Shown here piece by piece: positions 26,701 to 40,114 of a stretch of DNA of 64,000 nt. Position numbers and translations under genes: made by a program. Within the stretch, counting starts at the first letter, position 1. Each line of letters starts with the position of its first letter. The DNA is from Octopus vulgaris (Eukaryota), in contig OX597814.1 of the NCBI GenBank assembly GCA_951406725.2, forward strand, positions 7,626,001 to 7,690,000, given 5' to 3'. The notes under the pieces are model-generated. The model was not told the DNA's origin and did no database searches. It saw only the letters and a list, made by a program, of their open reading frames with translations.

Positions 26701-27225
26701 AAGTTTGAAAACGCCACTATATAAGATAAATTTTAATTTTCTTAGAAATTTTACATGTTTCGGTTCTTCTTGAAAAACGAACCTTATCAAAAATATTTTA
26801 AAAAGTTAAGTGTAATAAAAAAGTTCATAATTGTTTCTTACTGGTCTCAACAGAATCCACGTGGTGGTTTTTTGTGGGTAGTAAGCATAATAGCTATCTT
26901 ATGTGTTTGAATAAAATAAGGAAATGACCAGTGGCCGAAATGGCAGTAGCAGCAGTTACTGCCATTTCACTGCTGCTACTTCCATTTCGGCCACTGGTCA
27001 TTTCCTTATTTTATTCAAACACATAAGATAGCTATTATGCTTACTACCCACAAAAAACCACCACGTGGATTCTGTTGAGACCAGTAAGAAACAATTATGA
27101 ACTTTTTTATTACACTTAACTTTTTAAAATATTTTCGATAAGGTTCGTTTTTTCAAGAAGAACCGAAACATGTAAAATTTCTAAGAAAATTAAAATTTAT
27201 CTAATATAGTGGCATTTTCAAACTT
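26701..27225. repeat. Near-perfect palindrome with 256/257-bp arms and a 12-bp spacer; each arm carries a degenerate hammerhead
   Basis: 26701-26956 is the reverse complement of 26969-27225 with few mismatches; motif at 27131-27178 ATTT-TCGATAA-GGTTC..GAACC-GAAAC-AT-GTA-AAAT. Confidence 0.95.
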
Positions 27226-27287
27226 CTTTTTTATAAATATATACCCACTCGTATACAACCTACACTTGTTATATATATATATATATA

Positions 27288-27832
27288 TCATCATCATCAT
27301 CATTTAGCGTCCGCTTTCCATGCTAGCATGGGTTGGACGGGTCAACTGGGGTCTGTGAAGCTGGAAGGCTTCGTCAGGCCCAGTCAGATCTGGCAGTGTT
27401 TCTATGGCTAGATGCCCTTCCTAACGCCAACCACTCCGCGAGTGTAGTGGGTGTTTTTTACGTGCCACCTGCACAGGTGCCAGACAGAGCTGGCAAACGG
27501 CCACGAACGGACGGTGCTTTTACATGTCACCGGCACGGGGCCAGGCGATGCTGGCAACGGACACGAATGGATGGTGCTTTTACATGCCACCGACACGGGG
27601 CCAGACAGAGCTGGCAAACGGCCACGAACGGACGGTGCTTTTACGTGTCACCGGCACGGGGGCCAGCCGAGGCTGGCAACGGACACTTACGGATGGTGCT
27701 TTTACGTGCCACCGACACGGGGCCAGACAGAGCTGGCAAACGGCCACGAACGAACGGTGCTTTTATGTGTCACCGGCTGGCAACGGACACGAACGGATGG
27801 TGCTTTTACGTGCCACCGACACGGGGCCAGAC
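27288..27832 (-). mobile_element. RTE 3'UTR/tail copy with ~60-bp internal tandem repeats
   Basis: (CAT)n followed by the reverse complement of the RTE tail; very similar to 45712-46292. Confidence 0.85.
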
Positions 27833-27844
27833 ATATATATTCAT

Positions 27845-28050
27845 TATTTGTTTCAGTCATTTGACTGCAGCCATGCTGGAGCACCAGCTTTTAGTTGAAC
27901 AAATCGATCCCAAGACTTATTCCTTGTAAGCCGAATACTTATTTTATTAGATACTTTTGCCGAACTGTTAAGTTACAGAGATGTAAACACACCAATATCG
28001 GTTGTCAAGTGGGGGGGGGACAAACACAGACACAAAAACATACACACACA
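27845..28050 (-). mobile_element. Octopus-type SINE 3' half
   Basis: Reverse complement of the SINE tails at 35140-35370 and 46295-46535. Confidence 0.75.
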
Positions 28051-28059
28051 CACACATCA

Positions 28060-29150
28060 GATTCCATTACATGCCAGGGAGAAAAGCTAGAAGTAGTTAA
28101 TAGCTTCCATTACCTAGGCAGTCAAGTATGTAATGGAGGTAGATACTCTGAGAGTGTAGTAGCTAGAATAAGAATAGCCTTGACAAAGTTGAGGGAGCTC
28201 TTACCTCTGCTGGAAACTAAGGGCCCCTCGCTCAAGATGAAAAGTAGACTGTATGATGCATGTGTGCAAACTGCCATGCTACACAGCAGTAAAACATGGG
28301 CCGTAACTGCAGAGGACATGCATAGGCTTGAAAGAAATGAAGCTAGTATCATCCACTGGATGTGTAATGTCAGTGTGCACACATGACAGAGTGTAAGCGC
28401 CCTGAGAGAAAAGTTGTGCAGAAGAAGCATCAAATGTGGTGAGCAAGAGAGATGACTGCACTGGTATGGTCATGGGTTAAGTATGGATGAGGACAGCTGT
28501 GTGAGGAATTGCCACTCCCTAACTGTGTATGGAACCTGTGGAAGAGGGAGACCCAGGAAGACATGGAATGAGATGGTGAAGCAGGACCCTCAAACACTGG
28601 GCCTCACAGAGGCAATGACAGGAGACTGAGACCTTTAAAGATATGTTGTGCAATTGAGAAGACCTGGCAACTAAAGTGAAATCGTATCCATGGCCGATGC
28701 CAGTGTTGCATGTCTGACCCCGTTGAGAGTACATCTGATGCATCAGGCGAGATGATATCCTAGAGGTCTGTTGAGTCAAGTAAAATCAAAATCGTAGCTG
28801 TGGCCAGTGCCCCCTCACTGGCCCCCATGCTGGTGGCACGTAAAAAGCACTGTCCATACATGGTCAATGCCAGGTCTGCCTGAATGGTTCCTGTGCTGGT
28901 GGCATGTAAATAGCACCATCTGACCATAGTCAATGCCAGTGTCCTGTTACTGGCTCCCCTGCCAGTGGCATGTGAAAAGCACCCACTACACTTTCAGAGT
29001 GGTTGGCATTAGGAAGGGCATCCAGCTGTAGAAACACTGCCATATCAGATTGGAGCCTGGTGCAGTCACTGGGTTTACCAGACCTCAGTCAAACCATCCA
29101 ACTCATGTCAGCATAGAAAACGGATGTTAAACGATGATAATGATGATGAT
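28060..29150 (+). mobile_element. RTE LINE 3' fragment with tail
   Basis: GEKLEVVNSFHYLG...RLYDACV; ends in gatgatgat. Confidence 0.85.
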
Positions 29151-29174
29151 ATAAAGATATATATATATATGTAT

Positions 29175-29331
29175 GATGGGATTCTTCCAGTTTCTGTCTA
29201 CCGGATCCACTAACAAGGCTTTGGTGGGCCTGAGACTGTAATAGGAGACACTTGCCCAAGGTTCCATGCAGTTGGACTGAACCTGGAACCATGTGGTTGG
29301 TAAGCAAGCTATTTACCACACAGCCACTCCT
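29175..29331 (-). mobile_element. tRNA-derived SINE head (OK-type)
   Basis: Reverse complement reads caggagtggctgtgtggtaa...ggttccaggttcagtcc, with A- and B-box-like motifs. Confidence 0.8.
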
Positions 29332-31734
29332 GCTTTATAAATCCACTGGTAATAAAGCCACCCACTTAATGTAGCCAAAATGGGTTGTGACAGAATTTTT
29401 ACACATAAAATCTCTTGTTTAATAAATCCAATTCTCACTGCTTCTTCTTTAAGTGTCAACAAGTGACAGGGATCAAATGAAGTTTTTTTTTTTTGGTCTT
29501 AAATACTGACAAGTAGGCTCCAACAGCCACAGACAGCCAGCTGCTACACTCCATCATCCAAAAATAGATCAATAAATAAGTAGTAGCTGGCAGCGGCTAC
29601 TGGAACCTACCACACAATCCTGTCATTCAAGCAAAAAAGTAGAATCTGGGACATGAAATTTTTTTCCCCACAAGAGTTCCAGACCCCAGTTATGAACTCA
29701 TTTGCATAAAGCTAATCAGAGCTCAACTATCAAACTAGTGTCCTCCTATTCATGAAAATACTCTGGTTGAGTTCAGTGGAAAACGTGCGTTATAGTGAAA
29801 TCTAACTGTTCTAAATGGGTTAATAGAGGTGACAAAAGTGAAATTTAGTGCATAAAGTGAATGGAGAGCTGTTCACCGATGATGCCTGCAAGTGTTGCCA
29901 ATTTATGTAATTTACTAGAAAATGTAAATGAGTGTAGTTTCCTAATTTTTTGACTGATTTTCTACATTCCTAATTTAAAATGTTGGTGTTGATTTGGGAA
30001 TATCGTAATCAATATGGTGTCCTGTCATAGTGCACCCTCCTTGCATATATCAATGGCTACATGCATTATCACTAATCTCAGTCTGAGCATAGGTACCTAA
30101 TGTTAGCTCCAGATAGAGATGGTACGCGATTGATCTATGACGATGGAATGTGGTGCTTATGTGAGACTTATGCTGTACTCACAGTGTGGCATACACCATT
30201 CTATCCCTGACCTGCTGTACTGTAGTAGTACACAGTATGCGGATTTTTAAGTTGAGCTCCGATTGGTTGTATGCAAATGAGTTCATTATTGAGGCCCAAA
30301 ACTCTTGTGGGAAGAAAATTTTGCCTCTGGAACACCTCTTGTCAAAATTAAATGCCCTTCTCACTGGATGATGAAATGTACCACATGATAGCTGGCTGTT
30401 GGAACCTACCTGTCAGTATTTAAGGGTAAAATAACATGTCATTTGCACAGAGAGGCAGACAGACACACACAAGTTGTTCAAAATGTTCAAAATGAAAAGA
30501 GAGAGACAGGACAAATCTGTGGCAGAAAAGATTCAATTGTTAAAACGTTAGAAGGTTTTGGGAAAACACCTCAGCAAGGAGCAGCACAGAGTTTGGGAAT
30601 TTCAAGAAGTCTGCTCCATAATTTGTTGTGAGGGGCTATAAGATGGCAAAGGACTGTGTGGCCGTGATGCAACAGGAATGGAGACAAAGAAAACTTGCTT
30701 TTAATCAGAGAGGCTGGTTCACCAAGATGCTTCAAAAAGGTCAAAACGCTTCCAATTCAGAACAACTTTTTTAACCAATGCTTGGATGACAGAAAAAATC
30801 TATGGAAAATGGCTCAGATCTTGGGATTGTCATTTGCAAGAACCTGGAAGACAAGCGGTGGTCTTACTTGATAATTGCTCTTCTCATGTAGTCATTGATG
30901 ATCTCAAGAATACCACTTTAAAATTTCTTCCTCCCAACACAACGTCAATGCTGCAGCCCCGTGACATGGGGATAATCAAGACCTTGAATGCCTACTTCAG
31001 ACATGAAATGCATGAGAAGATCATTGCTGTGACGTTTTTGCCCAAGAAGTTGCAAAACAGATCACCATTTTGGATGCCATATACATATTAAGCATAGAAT
31101 GGAAGAAGGTCTCTAGCCAGACAATCAAACATTGTTGGACTAAAGCTGGTTTTGTTTTGAATTAAACAAAGCCATAGATTTTAACGAAGATTTGATTCTG
31201 CCTTCACCACCAACTGGATTGACCAAAGGGCATTTTGAGAACTGATTGTCCGTAAATAAAAAGGCTGTTGTTCCTCCAGAGATCATCACCGAAGAAGAAA
31301 AACTAGGTAAGATCATTCATGACATTCGGCAATCTGAGAAGGAAACTGAAGGAGAGTATGGTGATTCCAACATTGATGTTGATGAAAGCATTCCAGAGCC
31401 TTCAACACCAGCTGAAATGAGACACAGTATCTCGAATAGAAAATGGCCTTCAAAGTTTTGATTTCAGTGATATGAATCTTTTTAGAACTCTTAAAGAAAA
31501 AATCAATGCAGATTTGCAAACAAAGTGAACACCAAAGCAAACAACACTCTACAAATTTTTCATTCAATGACATTGTTTATAATGTTTTTATTTGTGTATT
31601 CACCTATGTTTGTATTTTAATAAATACACATGTTTAATCAATCAGCGAATTTTGTTCCCTCAGTTAATAAATCCCTTGCTTAATAAATCCAAAATAGGCA
31701 GTCCCAAGATGGATTTATAAAGCAGGGTCCACTG
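29329..31734 (+). mobile_element. pogo/Tigger-like DNA transposon, decayed
   Basis: LLDNCSSH...FLPPNTTSMLQPRDMGII (DDE_1 type); right TIR ggatttataaagcagggtccactg|TA mirrors cctgctttataaatcc at 29329. Confidence 0.85.
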
Positions 31735-31794
31735 TATTTTTATGCTTTTGGGTTTTATTATTGAATTCCCAGATGTTTTAGATATGTATTTATG

Positions 31795-32490
31795 TTCATC
31801 ACCATCATAATCATCATCATTTAACGTCTGTTTTCCATGCTGGCATGGGTTTGACGGTTTGACTGGAGAATGGCAAGCCAGGAGGCTGCACCAGGCTCCC
31901 ATCTGATCTGGTAATGTTTCTACAGCTGGATGCCCTTCCTAATGCCAACCACTCCGAGAGTGTAATGGGTGCTTTCTACGTGCCACTAGCATGGGAGCCA
32001 GTCAGGCAGCACTGGCAGCGGCCATGTTTGTATGGTGCTTTTTATGTATCACCAGCACAGGATCCAGTCAGGGTGGGGGCTGGCATCAACCACATTCAGA
32101 TGTGCTCTTTATATGCCATTGGCAAAGGGAGCCAGTCAGGTGGCACTGGCATTGTTCCACACATGAATGGTGTTTATTGCTTGCTGGTGATGAGACACTG
32201 GTATCAACCACACCTACAATTTCCCTTTTGATTTTATTTGATTCAATAGGTCTTCTCAAGTGTGGCATGCTGGCTGTCAATTCAAAGGTACTTTTTAAAT
32301 GGACTGATGTAAGCTACAGCTGTGATCTCAATTTACTTGCCAGGTCATCTCAATCACAGCATATCTCTAAAGGTCTCGGTCTTTAGTCATTGCCTCTGTG
32401 AAGCCCAATGTTCAAAGGTTGTGCTTCACCACTTCATCCCATGTCTTCCTGGGTCTCCTCTTCTGCAGGCTCCTTCTACTGTTAGGGAGT
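31795..32490 (-). mobile_element. RTE 3' end
   Basis: Reverse complement of the RPRKTWDEVVKH coding end plus UTR and tail. Confidence 0.8.
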
Positions 32491-32666
32491 GACACACGGG
32501 AGTTTTATAAAGTTGTTTAACCAACTGTTTATTATATTCTTTTGAATTTATTTTCTTTGTCTCAATTTTACCTGAGCATTTCTACTTGCAGCCCTATATT
32601 TTTTTCAGTTTCTATTGAAAAGGTGAAATTATAAAAGTTATTATTTATATTTACATATATATATAT

Positions 32667-34102
32667 ACTAGCTGAAGGTGACCCGCTCTACGCGCGGGTA
32701 AGAGTGTGGTTGTTACTTTCTGTTGCTTCCTTTCAGCACGTAAAAAGCACCATCCGAACGTGGTGGATTGCAGCGCCGCCTTGACTGGCTTCTGTGCTGG
32801 TGGCACGTAAAAAGCACCAACCGATCGTGGCCGCTGCCAGCCCCCTGGCACCTGTGCAGGCGGCACGAAAAAAGCACCCACTACGCTCACAGAGTGGTTG
32901 GCGTTAGGAAGGGCATCCACCTGTCGAAACACTGCCAGATCAGACTGGAGCCTGGTGCAGCCTCCTGGCTTCCCAGACCCCTGTGAAACTGTCCAACCCG
33001 TGCTAGCACGGAAAACGGACATTAAGCGATGATGATGATGATGATGATGATGATTCTCCCTCTTTGTTTCTTTCTCCTTTCTCTCTCACTTTCCCACTCT
33101 CTTACTCTTCCTTTCTCTCGGACTCTCCCTCGCTTTCTCTTACTCTCTATCTTTATGTATCTCTCTCCCATTTATAAACAACAAAAGATCTTGAGTAAGT
33201 TGAGAAATAAAATATTTAGAAAGATCAATCATAAATATCAGGCAGTTACAAAGGAAAGGTCTGCTTCAAGACAGACAGCAAAACACTAACATTTAAAAGG
33301 GACAGACGAACTTGCGAGCTGAATAAAAATAATAAAATATTGGAAACCAAAGTTTGAAGGGATAGAATTTGAGGATAGTAGAGTCACCATGGCTGGCATT
33401 TCTTAACGACGGACAGCAACGTATTGACAGTTCAACGGCTGGCGTAAAATTTTGAACTTGATGTAAAAGAAAATCCCTAAAAACCAAGTTTTGACTTGAT
33501 TCTTTCTCACGACAGTAGACTCACGATGGCAAGCATTCAAAACTTCTTCATCATGGACGGCAACACATTGACGATTAAAAGGCTGGAGCAAATTTTTTAG
33601 CTTGATGTAACAGAGAATTGCTAAACACCCGCTCCTTTAAATTTTAATCCCCTTCCAGCCCCATTTATACCCCTTTTCACCTTTTGGTTAATATAACCCG
33701 ATTTAATTTGGGTCTACTGGGGCCACATTTTATAAGATGAGGACACAACCAAGTTTCCCAAGTTCTGGTCATAGACCATAGAACACTCAACCAAGTTTCC
33801 CGAGTTCTGGTCATAGACCATAGAACACTAAACTAAGTTTCCCGAGTTCTGGTCATTTGCAGAATAAATAGAGACGGCGGAGGTGGCAGACGTCGTTGCA
33901 ATGTAAACATGATTTGTTATAAGAGAAAGATTGTCCAGATTGTGTGTTGGTGGTGTTGGTGGTGGCGATGATAATTATCATTAGGAAAAAGAGTGAGTGA
34001 GTGAGGAAGACATACATAAGTTGTGGCGATGATAATTGTAGACCCCTTTTCACATTTTGATGAAGAGAACCCGATTTCATTCGGGTGTACTGGGGCTACA
34101 TA

Positions 34103-34161
<59 letters not shown>

Positions 34162-34266
34162 ACGCTGTAGAAATTAAATTAGAGATAAAACCACTAATAG
34201 GGAAATGAAACAGTAAAAAACCAAAAACAAAAACATAAAAATAAAAATATAATATTAGATATATGA

Positions 34267-34300
<34 letters not shown>

Positions 34301-34718
34301 TGACAGGTAGACAATAGAATGCGATGGCGATGGGGATGGCGAGTAATATTTGTTACTGTCCATGAACGCTGAGAGATACATGAGTAAAATGTATAGGAAG
34401 GTAAGAGATAGAGTGAGTGAAAATGTTCTTGGAAGAGAGTAAATAGCTACAGAGTGATTTGAGGAAGACTTTACATTAAATAACGGTAGTTGCATTGTCA
34501 AATGAAGAGAAGTGACAGAGTACTGGAGGAAATAGGGTGAGGTAGGAAGATGGCCCCTAGCAACCACACCTTTTAAGATAGGGATTTGTAAGGTAGCCCA
34601 CATGCATCGTCACCTCATTCTACATGTCCCTGTAAATTTTGGAGCGAATCGGACGGGATGTACTGGCATTGAAAGCGAACCAAGCGGTAAAAACGCATTT
34701 CAGTTTTATATATAGATA
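32667..34718 (+). mobile_element. Helitron/Helentron-like non-autonomous element containing an RTE tail (32735-33053) and about three 40-bp tandem repeats (33748-33855)
   Basis: Starts actagctg...acccgc..gcgggt (hairpin) and ends cagttttatatatagat, inserted in a TA tract; family assignment is from recall. Confidence 0.5.
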
Positions 34719-34740
34719 TATATATATATATATATATATA

Positions 34741-35372
<632 letters not shown>

Positions 35373-35731
35373 ATATATATATATATATAAAATGAGATAG
35401 GGGTTGAAAATTCAACCCACCATGGGATAACATATATCCAATATACTGCTAGATAGGTACCCAACAAGACTAATACATAAATGTTAAAAATTGCCAAACA
35501 ATCAGTACATCTATTGTATTATATGGGTAAAGGTAATAATATTACCGTAAATTTAATTACATATTATATTTGAAATTTTATACTTATATTTCCTTGTCTA
35601 TTTACATTTACTGTATATTTTGTATAATGCCTTTACTGATATGTAATGGTGTAATAAAGTATTGATTGGGTATCATCTGATGGTTGATGTTTTATTGATT
35701 TAAGTATGTTTCTCCATTTTCTAATTTTGTA

Positions 35732-35767
<36 letters not shown>

Positions 35768-35815
35768 ATAATAAATCTCTGAACGAGGTATAAACAGTAA
35801 CTGCACGACAATGTG

Positions 35816-35880
<65 letters not shown>

Positions 35881-37149
35881 TATATTACAAGTAAAATATA
35901 TAAACAAAACAGCAGAAGTGAAAGTCCTGAAAATGTGCAAAGAGGGAGCATAGCATCAGGTATACATACATTATATGCACATTGAGTGAGTGGAACAGGT
36001 AAGATGCAGGCTGTGCATGTTTTTAGCAAACTGATTGTCTGATGTAATACCTACTCAACAATGGATGCTCAACTTCTGGCTGAGATTACCAAAATTAGAT
36101 GGAAGTTACATTGTCATTTGGAATATCCAAATTAACTCATCACAGATGTGAGTTGGACTGAACCGAAAAGCCAGTAATACAGAATAAAAATAGAAAGGGT
36201 AAGAATGGAAAAGATGGGGTCAAATATGTGGGAGTGGGAGTTGTATAGAGTTGATGAGAACGAAGATGGCTGAAGAAAGAGAAGAGACAAATGAGCAAAT
36301 AGTTCATGTTGTTAAAGGGAAAAACTAGTAAAATGAACATCCGTTGTTGAGTGACTATTACGTCAGGCAATCAGTTTGCTAAGAAGCATATCCAGCTAGC
36401 AATTAACCTGTTCCCCTCCCACAATGAAGATTTTTATTTGCTTTTGTAGCAATTCTGGTTACTAACTGTGAGCTATATAGAAACTATCAGTTTATTGAAT
36501 TTCTTCATAACTTCAATATGGGGAAACAGAGTCAAACCTTTGATGCCAATAAATTATTATTTTTCCTCATCGTAACAACCTCCACTTTTTGTTATCTATA
36601 GCTGCCATGAACTACCTGAAGCTTACAAACTTCCTACACTCAGATCCCCGGTCCTTTTGTGTATTTATATACATATATAGGCACGGGAGTAGCTGTGTGG
36701 TAAATTAATGGAGCTTGGTTAGGAAGTGATATCACACCCACCAAAAGCCCTGTCCTTTCACCATCAGATTACCATTTATTTAAAAGTTTTTAAAATTCTT
36801 TGAATGGTAAAAGTTTCAATAATGAAAAGCAGGGGCAAATTATGCCAATCTAATCTACAAAAAAATAAAATATTTTGCATTTTATACAGAGTATTCAGAG
36901 TAAACTCCATAGTTTTTTTGAATTAGATGCATATTTTGCCATAAAAAGGAAAACGTTACTATTGATCTAGTTTATTCAAGGTAGGCAGTGCCTAGCGAGG
37001 CAGCATATCCTTGAAAGCCTACACAGCAATCAAGTCCAGTAGTGACTTGAAATATTCAAACGGGGTTAATTCTCCCAATTATGTACCCAGCAATGTCAAC
37101 AGAAACTTCCAGAATGAGTTCCATGTCAGTTGACAGATGTGTGTCATTG

Positions 37150-37700
37150 AAACTCTGCAAGCATTTAATAGTTCCAAACACTTTATCAGAAAAGATCTAT
37201 TAAAAGCCTGTCCCCTGCCAATATTTGCCACTGAACATGTTTGGGTGGCATTTTGTGGAACCCCACTCTTCTACTCACCCCATATCCATATTCAGCAAAC
37301 ACATCAAAATCTAATTCCAAAAGATGATGAAAGAGTTAGTGAGAGAGGATCGTTTGAGATATCTAAATGGAGTGACCTCTGTGATGGCACCATTGCTGAT
37401 TTAACAAATTTCTGTACAGTTATTAAATGTCCCTTGACCAATTTCTAGGCCGTAGTAGACATTGAATATTTCAATGAGAGTTAACAACACTGTATTGATT
37501 ATCTCAGTATATCTATAATTGACAAACTCAGAATGGTGATTGCTAGGCCTGGTGTTCGCTTGTTGATATTTCTGTCCAGTCCTGCAGACTCTCCACTAAA
37601 CTTTTTCTTTCCTATAACATTATCCCTCTGGAATTCCACCCCTTCTCTTATCTTTCCTGCAATATTTTCATTTACAAAAGTTCAAGAGGAACATTAATGG
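37150..37700 (+). mobile_element. Very old CR1/L2-type LINE C-terminal remnant
   Basis: Degenerate motifs such as FFFPITLSLWNSTPS, resembling the CR1 FF..RV...WN.LP ending. Confidence 0.4.
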
Positions 37701-37988
37701 ATGGGGACAGACCCTTCCTCCCAATCCAGCAAGAAAAACAGGTAAGTGTTGGTTCCACAATAATAAAATACACCTGATTTACTCTAGAGCAGAAGATGTT
37801 AGGAAGGGGACCTGGCAGTAGAAACGATGCCAAACATGGAATGTGTAAGCAACATGACATCCTCTGTCCTCTCTGAGTGAGAAAGGATTCTAAACAGCAA
37901 TCAATGTGGAGAGTGACTGTCCAGCTCAGGACAATAGGAAGGGTGGGTAGAGGACACTACTATTGCCACTTCGAGAATATGTACTTAC

Positions 37989-38166
37989 CATTTTTACGAC
38001 AATAGCTACGGTTGAATCCATATTTATTTATTCCATCAACAGCTCCTTCAGTAGTACCATGCCAAAGGCCAACAACTTCAATTTTAACCTTTGGATTTTC
38101 TGCCTCATATTGTTTTTTCAATGCTTTGTATCCCTGGTATAATGTTTTATTTTGAATTCTCTCAAT
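37989..38166 (-). CDS. PARP14: PARP14/15-like, penultimate coding exon (missing from the ORF track)
   Basis: ctacag|IERIQNKTLYQGY...GLWHGTTEGAVDGINKYGFNRSYCRKN+G|gtaagt; 178 nt, phase 0 to 1, in frame with 13255. Confidence 0.93.
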
Positions 38167-38553
38167 CTGTAGAAAGGAAAATACATTTATGAAAAAACAA
38201 TCAGTTCACTTCTTTGACAAGGAAATAACATTTGTGGTAAAAAAACACAACCCTATCTGCTTTTTTTTTCTTTTTTATTTGATACCAATTTTGATTCGGC
38301 TGTAAATTTTGGTAAGGCATAATAGTTTAGCTGCAAAATGGTGTTGCATTTACAATTCAATGCAAGAAGTTAAAGCAGAGGTATTTTTGTTGAGCAAAGA
38401 TTTCTTGTGAATATCCAAAAACACATAGAACCATCCCAAAATAGGTTCAAACAATGAGATTTAAATCTTTTATACAAACAAAATGTCTCTTAACATTTTG
38501 TTTTAACAATAAACCATCAAATATTGTTTATAAACAGAATTGAAAATACAAAC

Positions 38554-38687
38554 TTTGATTATACGACAGGAAGGCAAATTCCGACGGAAAGTGGCCTGGA
38601 TGTTGTCATATTCTGGTCCTTTTGTGACTTTAACAATTCTAATTAATTCTTTGTCTTCCATTGGTGACCATGTATCAGGGACCGATT
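38554..38687 (-). CDS. PARP14: PARP14/15-like, exon starting the catalytic domain (missing from the ORF track)
   Basis: ctctag|xSVPDTWSPMEDKELIRIVKVTKGPEYDNIQATFRRNLPSCRIIK|gtttgt; 134 nt, phase 1 to 0; matches the P..W..M...EY..V...F pattern. Confidence 0.88.
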
Positions 38688-38911
38688 CTAGAGTTCAAAC
38701 AGAAATCAAATATTTCAGAAGAAAATTAAAATTATGAACCCTTTTTATGTTGAAAGTTTAGAAAAACCCCCAGGAGTATTTAAATAAATTTTTTGGGTTT
38801 TGAAAGGAAATACTGAATTACTAAACAAGCACTGTAGTTTTGTAGTGGTACTAGTAGTAGTGGTAGTGATGGAAGTGTTAGTGGGTGTGGTGATAAAACA
38901 AAGCAGACATT

Positions 38912-39095
38912 AGGCGCAGGAGTGGCTATGTGGTAAGTAGCTTGCTAACCAACTACATGGTTCCGGGTTCAGTCCCACTGTGTAGCATCTTGGGCAAGTA
39001 TCTTCTACTGTAGCCTCGGGCCGACCAAAGCCTTGTGAGTGGATTTGGTAGATGGAAACTGAAAGAAGCCTGTCGTATATATGTATATATATATA
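38912..39095 (+). mobile_element. OK-type tRNA-derived SINE head (tail probably at 46295-46535)
   Basis: aggcgcaggagtggctatgtggtaag...ggttccgggttcagtcccactg...gaagcctgtcgtatatatg. Confidence 0.85.
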
Positions 39096-39423
39096 TTATA
39101 TTAAATTAGAGATAAAACCACTATTAGGCAAATCAAACAGTGAAAAACATAAGCCAATACATAAAATTAATTTTAAAATATAAAAGTTAAAAGTTAAAAA
39201 ATTATTAAAATAATTTAAACTTATAAATTTTAAGTATATATATACAAATATATATATATATGTATGTATATTTTTATATTTATATATTATTTTGTTTACT
39301 AATTAATTAATTTATTTATTTTATTTATTTATTTTTTATTTATTTATTTTTTATGTATTTATTTTTTATTTTTTATATAAATATCAAAAGTATTAAAAGT
39401 TTAATAAAAGATAAAGAGTAAAA

Positions 39424-39516
39424 CACTACCATCGTTTCATGGCTGTACCAATTCGAATAACAATAATTTAAATTCAGTTAATAATTCGAGTTATGGTTAC
39501 AGTCAATCTTCAGGTT
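39424..39516 (-). ncRNA. Hammerhead ribozyme with extended stem II and weak stem I
   Basis: AC-CTGAAGA-TTGACTGTAACCA...TCGAAT...ATTCGA..TGGTACAGCCAT-GAAAC-GATG-GTA-GT. Confidence 0.7.
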
Positions 39517-40114
39517 AATTGAAATATTTAAAAAATAATCAGAAATATTTAAACAATATTTTTAAGATATAAATAATATAATAAACAATGATAAATCTCA
39601 GAGCGAGTTATAAACAGTAGCGGTAACACATCGTGTTGCATATTTGCCAGCTGGTGGAGATATCTTCCTGGGGCTACAAACTACAGTAGCATCCACCCTT
39701 ATGTGTTCGCCATATTCAAATGGCAAATATGCGTCACGATGTGTTACCGCTACTGTTTATAACTCGCTCTGAGATTTATCATTGTTTGATTTCACTTTTT
39801 CAATATCAGTGTCATATCGACACTGGAAAAAGTATATGTATTTGTGAAGGGATCTGACTTCTCATCGACAACCATGATTGTTATTTGTCTAGGGACACCT
39901 CTTTCATCTGCGTTTTGAGAATTTTGCTGCCTTTTTGTTGAGTGAGTTCGTATTTTTTGTTCATCGTTGTTTGTGAATTATTACTCGTGAATTGAACAGT
40001 TGTCCGTTGTGTAAAAGTAATTTTCGCCCTACGGGGCAGAAAATTCTGTGTTTAAACATTGTCATTACCTTCGAGGTAATTTTTTTGAAACATTTGTTCT
40101 CATAATTTTGAGAA

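Noticed and set aside
38912-38985. tRNA gene
   Set aside because: A/B-box-like head continues into SINE body sequence and recurs at 29175-29331 and 34741-34870; it is a SINE, not a tRNA.
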